A stretch of DNA of 64,000 nucleotides from NCBI RefSeq assembly GCF_037042905.1, contig NC_087245.1, positions 42,782,001-42,846,000 of the forward strand, written 5' to 3'. This DNA is from Lytechinus pictus. Its lineage: Eukaryota. Every line of letters begins with the position of its first letter. Position 1 is the first letter of the stretch. The position numbers were made by a program, and so were the translations under genes. Below, piece by piece: positions 14,388 through 26,738 of the stretch. The notes beneath the pieces are model-generated. The model had not been told where the DNA came from, searched no databases, and was given only the letters and a program-made list of their open reading frames with translations.

Positions 14388-14592
14388 GTGCTGCACTCAA
14401 CCCACGGGAGGTGAATGGGTACCTGGTAGGAATTTATTCCTTGAAATGCGTGTGCGCTGTAATCTTAGTAATTGCGGCTGCCAAGCTACAGCTGGGGTAA
14501 TGATATACAAGTCCTTTGGAAGCGCATAGAGACATTATTCATAATGTGATAAATGTGATATTCGCTGTACAAGAACTCTATATTATTATTAT
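14388..14592 (+). mobile_element. SINE fragment (3' part, ends in (TAT)n)
   Basis: gtgctgcactcaaccca...gaggtgaatgggtacctggtagga core, aagcgcatagagac motif and tattattattatt tail resemble invertebrate deuterostome SINEs. Confidence 0.6.
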
Positions 14593-14828
14593 TAAGAATA
14601 CATGCACGATCAAACTTGAAAACAAGGACAAACCTATTTGATTATTCCATCAGTGAAGTAACTGTGAATCTCTTCTAACAAATCGATGAATAAATAAGAT
14701 TACCATAGATTTAGGAAAGTAAAACAGAATCTTTATCCATTTACATAAAAAATGATTCTGTCATATGCAATATTTAAAGGAAATGTTATCCCACCAAAGT
14801 TCAAATGAACATCATAATATATACTCTA

Positions 14829-15019
14829 TCAGTTGCTGGTCTCCCTTTTCTTAAGGATTATCTCGAACTTTGGTGGGGAATATGTGATTCCCGCCTTCCC
14901 TTCAATACCAACCGATCGGCTGTTCTCCGCCAGGCAAATCTTGAATCTCTGTAGTAGACTCGCAAAGATGATAAACAGTTCGATTTTTGCCAGCTTTTCG
15001 CCAAGACACAGACGCAGTC
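14829..15019 (-). CDS. Cytochrome P450 (clan 2), coding exon 6 (last): heme-binding Cys and stop
   Basis: Acceptor cag at 15022-15020, phase 1. G-LRLCLGEKLA completes the FGIGLRLCLG (FxxGxRxCxG) motif. TGA at 14831-14829. Confidence 0.93.
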
Positions 15020-16004
15020 CTGAGTGGTTAAACATAATGTTTTGATTAGGAAATTTATTATTCAACAACTGTGCTATAATCTAAATTTTCTTGCCAAATG
15101 GACTAGGCCTATATCGAATGTCTAATTTCTGCTCAACTTATATTCGTTTGTAAAATTATGGTTTCACATTATGTATTTACAGCGTTTCGGAATTCAGGTT
15201 TTGAAATGCAAATTTTTATGACTACCCAAAAGCTCAAAATAATCTCACATGACCTTATACGGATAAATCATTCGTAAATTTGCATTGCTTTTAAGCAAAC
15301 ACGTCTCTGTGATTGTATGTAAATTACGGCATAATCATGATAATGCTTATGAAAGAGCTTGCAGGCAATTGCTATACATTGTGTTTTTAGCCCGCCGTTA
15401 TTAATCTTCTTCATTTTTATACGTCTTTGTCACATTTGTTACGACTCGGCGAGGGATCGGACCCCAGGGCCCTATGATTGTGTATGTTGTTTTTTTAAAT
15501 AGGGGGTGCTGGTTGAAAATTAACAAGCAAAAAATAAAGGTTTTAACTGCAATATGAAGGGGATTTTGGTCCAGGCAAAATTTGACATCCCCCCAAAAGG
15601 TATTTACTTCAAAATGAAGCTGAGTTTTGGTTACATTATTTGGTTACATTTTAACCATACCTTCCAGATTTCAAAGGGTGTGGCCTATGGCGAATAACAC
15701 ACCCAGCACCCCCATGTAAATCTTGGGGAGGGGGGTGATTCAGCACCTCCAGCACACCCGCTTACTAGGGCCACGTCGGACCCATGAACTTCTGTTCTCG
15801 ATACTGTATAAAACACTGAGCCGCCATGCCCAGTTCTACAATATGTACAATAATTATCCTCGGAAAATGTTGATCGTTAATAAATTTAAGCTTTACCATT
15901 CATGTTTATTCAAAATTATGGATAGTAAAGCTATTTAGTTAGCATATCAAAGGCTGACTAGACCCACTCTAATTGTGACATCTTATTATCAGAACATATA
16001 ATTT

Positions 16005-16500
16005 AAAAGGAAAGTTCGCCCTATGAATGGAGCTTTATTGTAAAAGTAGCAGAAAACATAATACAAAATATAGGTGAAGATTTGGGGAAAATCCATCAAA
16101 TATTTAAAAAGTTATTGTGATTTTTTTTTATTTGTGATGTCATATGAGTGCAGCTTCCCTATAATGTGTAGTGTAGAAAAAAAAATACTGAAATGTCATT
16201 AAAAAAAAAAAACTTTCGTTGTACCTTCATTATATCAACAGACAAATCATTTCATATCCGATCCTGAAAGGAAATAATTTTAATCATCGTAAACCAATGA
16301 AAAATGTAAATTATATGCATTTTGAATTACATTACATACTAGGGCAGCGGCTCGCATATGACGTCACAAAAAAAAATCAAATTTTGAAAAACTTCTTAAT
16401 CTTTGATGGATTTTCCTCAAACCGTCACATAATTATGTGTTTTTTTAAATTTGTTTTGGCATTTTCACAACAAACTTTTCGCCAGGGTGAACTTCTCCTT
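16005..16500. mobile_element. Palindromic TTAA-type (Kolobok-like) MITE in a CYP intron
   Basis: ttaaaaggaaagttcgccct... versus ...agggtgaacttctcctt. Internal inverted gatgtcatatgagtgcagc / gcggctcgcatatgacgtc. A partial relative lies at about 47310-47465. Confidence 0.65.
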
Positions 16501-16519
16501 ACAAAATTATTTATCATAC

Positions 16520-16657
16520 CTATTCCGAACGGAATGAAAGCAGGATGTTCTATCACACGTTGTCCATCCTGGCTCAAAAAACGATATGGGTTGAATTTTT
16601 CAGGCTCATTCCAGTACTTTGGACTGTTAAGAATCTCCCAGAGATTCATTATGACAA
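16520..16657 (-). CDS. Cytochrome P450 coding exon 5
   Basis: ag|TT GTC...ATA G|gt. Encodes VVIMNLWEILNSPKYWNEPEKFNPYRFL (PERF/meander region) and FIPFGI. Confidence 0.93.
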
Positions 16658-17264
16658 CTGTTTAGGGGAAATAAGAAAAAAAAAATATTCTTATTCAATT
16701 TCAAATGTATGCAGGCCATCCTGGGCCCAAATAAAGTGACCCCCCCAAAAAAAAAATCAGTTGAGGATGTGTTTCACAATGCATGCTCATCCCTTTCCGA
16801 AGAACCAAACTTTTTATTGAGCGAAAGAACATTCAAATCACGAGATATCTCATGAATACTTTAACGGAACATCTTTGATGAAGGCATAAATGTCATACAC
16901 ATTATGACTTTCATAATATACCCGAGGCATGGCAGTACTAAGAGTTGACGTTTTTAACCTGCTTTTAATCATTCACTCCGTGGTATTTTTTTTTTGGGGG
17001 GGGGTGCGTGCGCGCGTGTGTGTACATTAATGTGGGCCTAAATGCCCTTTTTATACTAAGCATTCCTATGTTCTTCCAATGTTTTCAGAAGAAGAATGCA
17101 AGACATAAACGTGATAAAGACCACATGATGCCCTACATAATGTATATTTGAATCTTTTCCAGTTTTTCTTCTGGAAGGTAGCTACATTCGGATTGTCTTG
17201 GAAGTAACAATTCACTCGATCCCTACTTAATGTTAGCATTTACTGAAGAACTCACGGAACTCAC

Positions 17265-17454
17265 CCGAGTCTTTCGGAACGTGGTATCCCTGTACTGAAG
17301 ACTCTCTACTGGTAAGTCGCGGTAACCCCAGCGGCGCTGGTGGACGTATTCGAAGCACCTCCATGAGTGTTGCTACAGTGAGAGGGCACGCATCTCGGTC
17401 AGACCATTTGGGAGATCGCTCTTCACCGATTGCCTCATCGATTTCTTTTTGGAT
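17265..17454 (-). CDS. Cytochrome P450 coding exon 4
   Basis: cag|ATC CAA AAA...TCG G|gtgagt. Encodes IQKEIDEAIG...TLMEVLRIRPPAPLGLPR (K-helix ExxR)...GYHVPKDS. Not in the ORF track. Confidence 0.92.
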
Positions 17455-17956
17455 CTGAAGTAGATTAGAAGTGTTGAGCTACATGTAATATGCCATGCAT
17501 AGCTGCTGCAGGCATAGACAATTGCTTTTCGCAATTCGCATAGTGCCTGATGCAAAGTCTGAAGTGGTGAGACTAGATCAACTATGTATTGTGGGTGCTT
17601 GACACAGATAGGGAGTTTGGCATCTATAGTCTACACTCTAGACTTATATTTGACACTTTAATCAATTACACAATGATTGTATGATTGGTTAAAGTGTCAA
17701 ATATGAGTCTGTGCTGCAGACTGATAACGATTTTTCTCCGACCAAATCCTGTAAACCATTATGAGTATCGTGGTCGGAGGAACGTCGGAGTAACTCTGTC
17801 CAGACGGGCACTACTTTCCTCTGACTGGGCTCTCTCCGACCCTTCCTCCGACCAAAACAGCCTTTGTCTTGACCGTGATAAGAAAAATATCTATGGAATT
17901 TTCATCCATGCATGATACCATTTTACCCCGACTAGGTTGACACGCGTCTGGACGAT

Positions 17957-18439
17957 CCCAGGTAACAAGCCAACGTTGGCTCTACGTTGGAAACTTGAAA
18001 GTAGTTGGACGTTGGAAAAACTTGATGGATTTACGTTGAATCGACGTTGGAAACTAGTTTGATGGAAAGATGATGGACAATCAACAATGACACGACGTTG
18101 GCAACGTTGGAAACTTGTTAGTTGGAGAGTTGTTGGACAGTCGACAATGTCACAGCGTTGGAAACACGTTTGATTGGAAAGCTGTTGAACAGTCAGCAAA
18201 GGCACAACGTTGGCAACGTTGGAAACTAGTTCGATGGAAAGTTGTTGAACAGCCGACAATGGCACAACGTTGGAAACATGTTTAATTGGATAGTTGCTGA
18301 ACAGCCAGCAATTACACAACGTTATGCGCGTGCACTTCCATCGATGATGCAACGTTTGCCTGCCAACGTTGAGGCAACGTTGGGAAAAAAATTCCCAACA
18401 TTGATCCAACGTTTGTCCAACGCTGTATTGTTACCTGGG
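17957..18439. mobile_element. MITE with CCCAGGTAACA TIRs and an internal ACGTTGGAAAC tandem array (CACTA/EnSpm-like)
   Basis: cccaggtaaca ... tgttacctggg with AT on both sides; about 50-70-bp internal units. Confidence 0.8.
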
Positions 18440-18927
18440 ATGTTATGTTGGTCATAAATCATACATTCGTGTGAAACATTGTTTGCTTTGGTTTCCCTTT
18501 TCTCTCTAATTCATTCTTAAGTTTTACGCACGACTGGTCACCCTACCTGTGCTAAATGAGATATCAAATTATCCCTCTTTCATATAATGGAGTGATCTTG
18601 GCAAATAACAAACTTCGCATTAAAATGCTTGCGAACAACGATGATTTTAAATCTAAGAAGATAGCAAATGGGAACATATATTTGTAAGAGTCTGATTGTG
18701 TACAAGAAAGAATCAGCACTCGTGTGTAGAATCATGGTAACTTACGAACTTACCTCCCACGCAGCCTATCGTCAAACGTGAACATTCAACCGCATTTCTT
18801 CTTTAATGGTCTCATTCTATCATACTATCCGAGAGGCTCAATTTCGTACATTGTTTTTTAAAATCCTGAGAAAGTCATGAAAAAACGCATATTTACAGTT
18901 TATCAAGAGACATACTATTCAGGTTAC

Positions 18928-19345
18928 CTCTTTCATAAGATCCGGTTGCTGTGCCACGAATAGGATGGCCCAAACCAAAGAATCACCTGTGGTGACCATG
19001 CCAGCTACGAAGATATCGACGATCAGCCTCCACTCCTGATTCTCTTCGACAACACTGGTAACGCCCTGTTCTCGTTGCTGCTTTACTTCGGCCATGTAGA
19101 GGTCGATCAGGTCCTCGACATTTAGAGGGTCGAACTTCTCCTGATGCTGCCTGACCATTGATTTGATATACGACACGGTTTCTTGAATTGAGCAACGGAA
19201 TTTGGCGAAGAGTGGAGTGTAATAGAGGAGCGGAAAAATGTTGCCGATGGATGTCAGTGAAATGTCTTCTGTGACTAGCTCGAGGTCACCAACAACCTTC
19301 GTGAATTTTAGGTAATCGTATTCAAAGCGATGTCCACTTACTAAG
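18928..19345 (-). CDS. Cytochrome P450 coding exon 3
   Basis: aag|C TTA GTA...GAG|gtaacc. Encodes LVSGHRFEYD...DLIDLYM...DIFVAGMVTTGDSLVW (I-helix). Confidence 0.92.
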
Positions 19346-20799
19346 CTTCAGGGTGGGAGAGAGAGAGAAAGAAAGAAATCAAGAAAGTTAGTGTAGTGGG
19401 ATAAGAGTAGAGGAAAAATGTACGGTAGATAAAATACAAAAAAGGTGCAAAATCTTGCTATAAGCCCACGCAAAGGCTTTAAACGTTTCCAAAGGTGCAA
19501 AGTTGTATTCAACAAAGATCTTCCAGTTTTTCTTTTAGCGGATTGCATCTGTTTTATGTGCAGGGCCAGAGAGTAAGATAAAGACAGGGTCAAAATGACA
19601 GGAATTTAGGTGGCTTTCATGAACTTCTATACAATCAGCTCATAACTTCAGAAGGAAAACAAGTCATATTAAGTGATTTTCATGATCAAAACTTCGGTAG
19701 ACAGCGCCTTCTTGTGTTGCCAATTTTGCTTAAATTTTAAGTGTGACAGGACATCGATGGGGATGAGGCCAGGGATTGATCCATTTTTGTTGAAATACAT
19801 TTTGACAAGCAAAAAAAAAAGAAGAAGAAAAAAAAAAGGACTTCACTTGAGTATGCACGACATTTTCCTTAATTTTGTTATGGATGTGCCCTACCTCGAT
19901 CCCCCTCTGGGTTAAACCAATGATGGTTAAACAATGTTTTGTGAAAATCATTATTGTGGGTTTCGAAACGGCCTCAAGGTCGCAAAATTATCTTGAGCCT
20001 CGTGCTTGATGGCAATCCTCGGGTCAAGGCTGGATCGAAACCGGGAAATAGTCGACTGTCGAGTACGTCCTTCTTTCTTTTTGAATTCTATTCTGTTCTT
20101 GATGTCAAGCCCCAAAATAAATGAAAATAATAAGGTCATATTTTACAGTCGATTTCAGGGACGAACATTAATTTTGCAGATGAAAATAAGGTGTCACAAG
20201 AGCATATTTCATTTTGAAAAAAGATTTTTTTCCGTTTGGTGATTCTTGGGGACACTGATTGCCTCCTGCCCCTATACCGATTCATCTGCCTACATAAAGG
20301 AAAGAACACTAATTGCAATTGCCTTATATTAAGATACTAAATTTGGAACAAAAGAATAGGGGCATTTATAAGTAAATAGTAGCATATTCACTTGATCAGA
20401 TTTTTCAGAACCATGATGTAAAACATATATTGCTGATCATGTTTTTTTCCTGTATGAATATGTTTAAATCAATAAATTAATATATACGGCACACTGCAGA
20501 AGAGAAAGTTCACTATGATGCAGTTGCAGAAGAAGAGCAACCTATCTGATACATTGTATGAGAAAGGGCGCTTATAAGAAGACAAAAAGGCATAAATTGT
20601 CACATAAAACAGGTCCTTCTTAGGAAAAGTAGCCTTTATACTAGGTCTTGTACTGTCTGTACTGTTACGACGACAATATCAAACGCCTACCGACTGAAAA
20701 ACAGACGATTCGCGAAAAGCCGGGCGATAACACCCGTTTGTAGGGGGGGGGGGAGCATTTTTCCTTGGGTGAAAAGGAACACTTTGGATGTTTCAAAGT

Positions 20800-21460
20800 G
20801 ATTGATCAGACTGATGATGGTGGAGATACGGACCAGGATGGGGTTCACGCGATCATGGGGAACCGATAAGGCGTGCGGTTGGTGTGGGCCGAGAGTTCAG
20901 TTCCGATCTTCACCAACTGACAACTTCAGAGCAGCACGGATACCGCAACCTACCGGACGGGAACAGGATTTTTTCAGGACTAGGCTACGAGATACCCGAC
21001 ATAGACGAGCACCCGAGATGAAAACCGAATTAGGAAATAAACTGTTAAATCATACAGTTTATCCCGAAGATAGATCAAAGGAACCAAATATTGTACCAGA
21101 CCAATTCGACGGCCGCACTCCGGTTGAAGACTATCTGAACCCTTTTCGGGCCTGCATTGTGGTATCTGAGGCATTGGACATCTGGCAGCCTGCCTGGGAG
21201 GTTCTGCGGTTACACTGATAACGCAGAAAACAGGAAGGCGTCTCAGTTTCTATGAACTAGTGGACAGAATGAGGAAACAAAATGGACCAGGTGGTAAGGC
21301 AGAGGTCGACCTTGCCGAGTTGTGACAGCGACGGAGAGGACCAGGAGAGACTCTTCAGGAATTAGGAAAGAGCATAAGGATATGACGACTCTCGCCTATC
21401 CTGAATTTGATGAAGACGGACAAGATCAGTTGGCAAGTGGGCACTTTCTAGATGCGATTG
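20800..21460 (+). mobile_element. Decayed Ty3/Gypsy gag fragment in CYP intron 2
   Basis: PDQFDGRTPVEDYL, then across frameshifts QRRRGPGETLQELGKSIR and LAYPEF...GHFLDAI, resembling the retrotransposon gag capsid region. Confidence 0.6.
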
Positions 21461-23545
21461 AAGCTAAAAGAAAAGTATGGAAGCTAAAAGAAAGGTATGG
21501 AAAAGCAAAACTAGTGATGCTACAAATTGTTATCGAAAATTAAGAAATAAATTAACCTCAAAGATAAGGAAGGCAAAAAAAAAACAATACTACGTTGATA
21601 AATTGTCCTCTGCAATGGGGAGATCTTCTGAGGTTTGGAAGGTTTTCAGATCTGTCCTGCTAACGTCAACGTTCCAGCAGTGGTGAATCTGGTGTATCTG
21701 ATTCTGTAGACAAAGCTAATGAATTTAATACTTTTTTCTTCAATTGGCACAGAACTAGCCTCTAGTTTTAATGATGTTCAACATTCTACAAACGATACTG
21801 TCAGCGATACCGTTAAAGGGATCGTTTAACTTTGTGAGCAGCTGATTAAAAAAATTCTCAAACTGAGACAAAACATGTGTATGAGTGCATGTATTTGTCC
21901 TCAAAAACCCTGAAACAAACCACAATATATAATGAAAAACTCTAATTTAGATACAAGTAGCAATTTATTAGCTTGATTTTGAGAACCGTCTAGTAGACAG
22001 GTTAAGCTTATGACCAGTTTACTCCAATTCAAAAAGTCCGTTGGCTATTTTGACTGCCTTCTGTTGTGTGTATCTCCTATTTACACACACACGCTATTAG
22101 CTAGCTGCACTCAACATTCAGTGTATACCTAGTACACACTGTATGTAGGACATGCTGTTTTCATCATATAGTCATTGAAACCAACTCCCAATTATTTTCA
22201 AACTTTGGTTTACATCTTTAAGGTTTTTAAATTGATCCTGTGGATATAATACTTTGAAACTTTTGGGATGGTATTTTTGCACTATAAGCCTAATGTTAAG
22301 CCCATTTTCAAGAACCAAAATGAGATTTTTTTTAATCAGAACAAAGTGAAATGATCACTTTAATGCTAACTTTACTTCTCAGATGGTTGCTGACGAGGAC
22401 GTTCGGAAGGAAATATTAAAACTAAGAGACAACATTTCTGTCGGTTTAGTTTAGATGAAATTTCATCCAAGATCTTGAAGATGTGTGCTCCCATTATTGT
22501 TCCATATCTTACCCACATAATAAACAGATCCTTTATCGAAAATAAATTTCAAAACCATTGGAAAAAGTCTAAAGTCATTCCTATTCATAAATCAGGTAAC
22601 AGAAAATCTCAAAATAACTTCCGTCCTATATATCAATTCTACCTACTGTATCGAAATCACTTGAAAGATTCGCTCAGCGGCAATTGATCTCATTTTTAGA
22701 AAATAATAAACTCTTATCTGAAGTTCAGTTTGGGTTTAGGAGTAAGCACTCCACCTTAACTTCTTTAGTTAGAATTACAGATCAGTGGATGCACGCTGCT
22801 GATCGGGGGAAATTTACCGGGCACTGTTTATTGACTTAAAAAAAAGCTTTCGATTGTGTTGACCCTTATTTACTCCTTAAAAATTTACGCAATATTGGTG
22901 TTTCTGATGAATGTTTGCCATGGTTTAAAGATTATTTTGCATAACAGGTTTATATCCACTTGTCTTGGTTCTACTCTTTCTAGTCCTTTATCTATTTCTC
23001 TCGGTGTCCCACAATGTTCTATTCTGGGACCTTTGCTATTTATTATTTGTATCAATGATATAACTTTATCTGTACATTTCTCTTCTGTTCAACTCTATGC
23101 TGACGATATTGTCATTTATTTTTCTGATTTTAATGTTAAAAGTGTCGAAAATAAGCTAAATTATGATTTGTTGTTTATTGATAAATGGATGTGCAATAAT
23201 AAGTTGACGTTAAATTTTGATAAAACTGTATCTTTACTTATAGGCTCGAGACATATGTTAAGTGAATGTAATTCTTTTAATGTAAATATCAATAGCATTG
23301 CAATCAACAGTCTACTAATTTTAAATATCTCGGATTTGTAATTGACAATAAAGTGAAGTGGGATGTCCATATTTAAAACCTATGTAGAAAGGTCGGCAAG
23401 TTAGTCAAATATTTGGGTAGACTCCGCTATTTTGTTAATGAGACAAATCTAAATTTGATTTACAAAGCCATTATCTTGCCCCTTTTCGACTATGCGGATA
23501 TTTTAATTGATTCCTCTAATAAAAAACTTACCAAACAATTGCATT
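21461..23545 (+). mobile_element. Decayed L2/CR1-group LINE reverse transcriptase fragment, interrupted by a MITE
   Basis: YRKLRNK...IRKAK, LTHIINRS...KVIPIHKSG...NFRPI, QFGFR, DLKKAFD, GVPQCSILGPLLF, YADD, KLTLNFDKT, with many frameshifts and stops. Confidence 0.9.
21817..22359. mobile_element. Kolobok-like MITE with TTAA TSD inserted into the LINE RT
   Basis: TTAA|agggatcgtttaactttgt ... acaaagtgaaatgatcact|TTAA. The LINE sequence resumes after it. Confidence 0.8.
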
Positions 23546-23716
23546 TAACCGCCCATGCATGACTGCTAACATGAAAATGTCATACTGGAAGAGGAATATT
23601 GTCTGGTCATGTTTGACATACAATAATTTGCATTTAATAAAATATCTATATGAAATATTTTAAGTTTTCTAAGTGTCCAAGAACTATTTTTGCCGAGTGT
23701 ATATAATGAAACAAAC

Positions 23717-23927
23717 CATGAAATGACGTTGCCAACAGCATGGGAGATGAACTTTTTGAGATTCAAAGGCTCGCCCTCCTTCAATTCACACGTTTGCACC
23801 AACAACCTTGCCTCCTCGATGATTTTATTTTCCATGCTCCTCTGACCAACTCCCAAAGTTCTAAAGGCGCTGTGTCCAAACTTGCGAGTCTTCTTCCATC
23901 CATCCCCCGTAGGCCAAATAAAGCTAC
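23717..23927 (-). CDS. Cytochrome P450 coding exon 2
   Basis: aag|GT AGC...TCA TG|gtttgt. Encodes GDGWKKTRKF (C-helix WxxxR), RTLGVGQRSMENKIIEE, HAVGNVIS. Confidence 0.92.
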
Positions 23928-24192
23928 CTTGCAGTTGAAAAGAATCACATGAAATGGATTTTAATAACAAAAGTGAAATTACTTTTAAAGGCGAGGAGTC
24001 ATGGCCGAGTGCACATTGAAATCCGAGATTCACGTTTCCTCGAATGGCCCTTGAGCAAGGTATTTTATTTACAGTGCTCTTGTGAAAAAATGCATTAGGC
24101 ATTATTGATACCAACGTGTATCACCTTATATCAAATGACCAGCAGTTTCGATAGCATATCAACTACTCGATCATATCTATCCATGTCCTTAA

Positions 24193-24577
24193 AGGTAAAA
24201 GACAGTAGTTGCAGCAAACAATTATTTCATGAGAAAGTCTTTAAAATCAAGGTTAATTGCCACAATATTATCATAGATCTATGTCTGGTACATTGAAATA
24301 AACATATCTTTGTGAATGAAATCATGAAATTTTAGCTGAAAACCGATAATTCTGATCATCCCTAACAAAGAAAAGCATATGTGGGTCAGCGTATTAATAT
24401 TGCTGGGAAAAATACTGACATTTGATAGAATTCCGTGATTATTTTGCTCATTTCTCAGCAATTGTGCATTTTCTTACAGAGCCGCTTGGCACATATTTTC
24501 TATTCATACATATACGAACTCTTGGGTGGTAATTTTATTGGATTTTTTTGAGACCGTTACCAAAAATGGTATTTATC
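24193..24577. mobile_element. TTAA-flanked MITE (Kolobok-like)
   Basis: ttaa|aggtaaaagacagtagtt ... aaaatggtatttatc|ttaa, imperfect TIRs. Confidence 0.55.
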
Positions 24578-26150
24578 TTAAATCCACAATGCAACATTCT
24601 GAGTAGTGTATAGTCTTTTATGCACACCTACTTGAATGATGTCACACAATTCACGACTCATTTTACGATTATGAATTGCGGAAAACTAAAAACAGTGTTC
24701 CCCCTGTCAAACATTTAGTTTTTCTATAAGAATACAATTATTGGCTACGTAATTCTATAATTAAAATTTCAAGAGGTGTATTTTCAGACTAGCTTTATTG
24801 TAAAACACAATCATTGAGAGACCACGACCGCTCCCCTTTTAAAGCATGTATACATCATTTTTGTGTGTTTTTTTGCAGGAATTTTTGCATTTTATTCATA
24901 AATCAATGATAAATTAACATGTTCACATAACACCAAACATATAAATGAATACAATTTGAATGTGACAATTGAATAGATACATTGTAAATAATACAGAAAA
25001 GACTGATAATTAAATAATACATAAGCATGTGATATAGTGAGTTCGGTAAAATACAGGGGCCAGCTATTATAAGCACAGAGGTGCTTGAAGCAATAGCAGC
25101 CAGGTGAAGCAATATCGTAGCGAAATAATAAAGTTGTAGTATATTGTAGTATATAGCATACATGTACGTGACTGTATACCCATTATCATTTTAATATTCT
25201 AAAGTGTTTAGTGAACAATGCTTTCTTTTATTGATTGATTCTTGTGATTATCTGCATCGAAAATAGTTTGTGCATACTCACTGGAGAAGAGAAAGAGGAA
25301 AGAGAGTTAGGAAATGGGCTGCCATAAACCAACATGTTCACAACAGATAAATGTATTTGCCAGCGTTACATCGTATAGCTGGCAAATGTTGTTTATACGG
25401 CAATAAGTGGTGAACACTAATTGTTCTCCGGCATGCGTGACGGAATTATTCAATTCCGTTGCTTCGAAGGTGTTTCATTTGAATATGAAAGAGGGGATGC
25501 GAGATAAGGGTGTGGTGTTGTAGGGGAAGTCATTCTAGCTTTCCAAGGACCGCACACTAGCACGTTTTTTAATATGGAGTTCTTTTTATAGAGTGAATTA
25601 AAAAATGATAATTGGTGGGAGACGTTGTTACATCAAAGTTTAAGTTGCGGTGGCCACAGGGTTTTTTCAGAGTTTAGTGCTGATTCAGTTTTATCTCTGT
25701 TTTTTTAAACCCGGGCACAACTAGGGTTAGGGCATAACAGTTTATTTAGTTATGACTTCACACGATTAATGTTAAGAGGTATAAAAACATTATATATGTA
25801 TGATTCTTAGACAGAATTTGTTAGAAGTTGTTTTCATACTTTGAAAAATGAAAGTGTTGATAATTTATGTGAAATAAATGCCGTATCTACGTGCTCGGCA
25901 AGCTATATATATATCCCAAAATAGTGTATATTTTGTTATTTTGTCAGAGTGACATCTGGGTGTGATGGTTGCTATGGGTGATATTATGTGGTAAACGATG
26001 TTAGGATGAACCTAGCAAATATTTTTGACTCTAGATGTATTTATGTTTTCATGGTAGTGACAGAGATAGAGAGAGAAAGATGAGAGGGTCAATATAATTG
26101 TTATGGGTCAACATAATAATTATTACAGATCTGTGACAAGTGACTCTTAC

Positions 26151-26544
26151 CTCGTTGACCCAACGCTGCACCTATGATCGGAGGGATCATTCGATCGGAA
26201 AAGTCCTCTGCCTTTTCAACAAATGCTTCTCTTATTGCTTCCAAATCGTTCACCACCACTATGTCCATTACAGGCCCGATCCGAAGCCGAAATATGCCGC
26301 CAATCTCATCGGTCCATTTCGCAAAAAGATCCCGCATGTCATTTTTGAAAGCGAACAGGTTCCCCCAAAACGGGAGTCCCGGTGGGAATGGTAGGAGTTG
26401 ATTAGAAATAGGCCGTGGAGTACTCTTCTTAAATGATCCATGGGAAACAAGTAGACGAACGAGGAGGAATATTGTCACAAAGATGATGTATTCTCGACAG
26501 CAAATCTCATGAAATCCAAGGAATTCTGCCATATCTCCTATCAT
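26151..26544 (-). CDS. Cytochrome P450 coding exon 1 (membrane anchor, proline-rich hinge)
   Basis: ATG at 26544 (alternative at 26532), hydrophobic anchor, PFPPGLPFWGN, VVNDLEAIREAF...FSDR, donor G|gtaag at 26150. The six exons sum to 1542 nt (513 aa plus stop) with matching phases. Confidence 0.9.
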
Positions 26545-26738
26545 TTTTCCTCTGTTATTATCCTCAAGATATTGTAAGCCAGCAGGCACGTACCTGATAC
26601 AGAAGTACAACAAACTGACCGCGACAATTTGTAGGTCCTGTACGGCGCATCATAATAGGCATTGTGTTATGGGACTGCTTTCGTAAGCTCCTTTTAGACT
26701 AGACACATTCTGGAAAAAGAGGCCTATATAAATTTTAA

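Noticed and set aside
14826..14831. Selenocysteine or readthrough at the P450 TGA
   Set aside because: TGA is immediately followed by TAG and the protein is already full length.
17957..18439. Regularly spaced ACGTTGGAAAC repeats resembling a CRISPR array; 172-aa ORF on the minus strand
   Set aside because: The spacers resemble each other, the array is bounded by TIRs, there are no cas genes and the context is a eukaryotic intron. The ORF is a by-product of the repeat.
23990..24085. Possible tRNA gene
   Set aside because: Only an A-box-like stretch and a SINE-core-like cccttgagcaagg; no cloverleaf. More likely a decayed SINE.
14829..26544. Naming the P450 CYP2D6, CYP2J or CYP2U1
   Set aside because: Motifs support clan 2 only; orthology needs a phylogeny.
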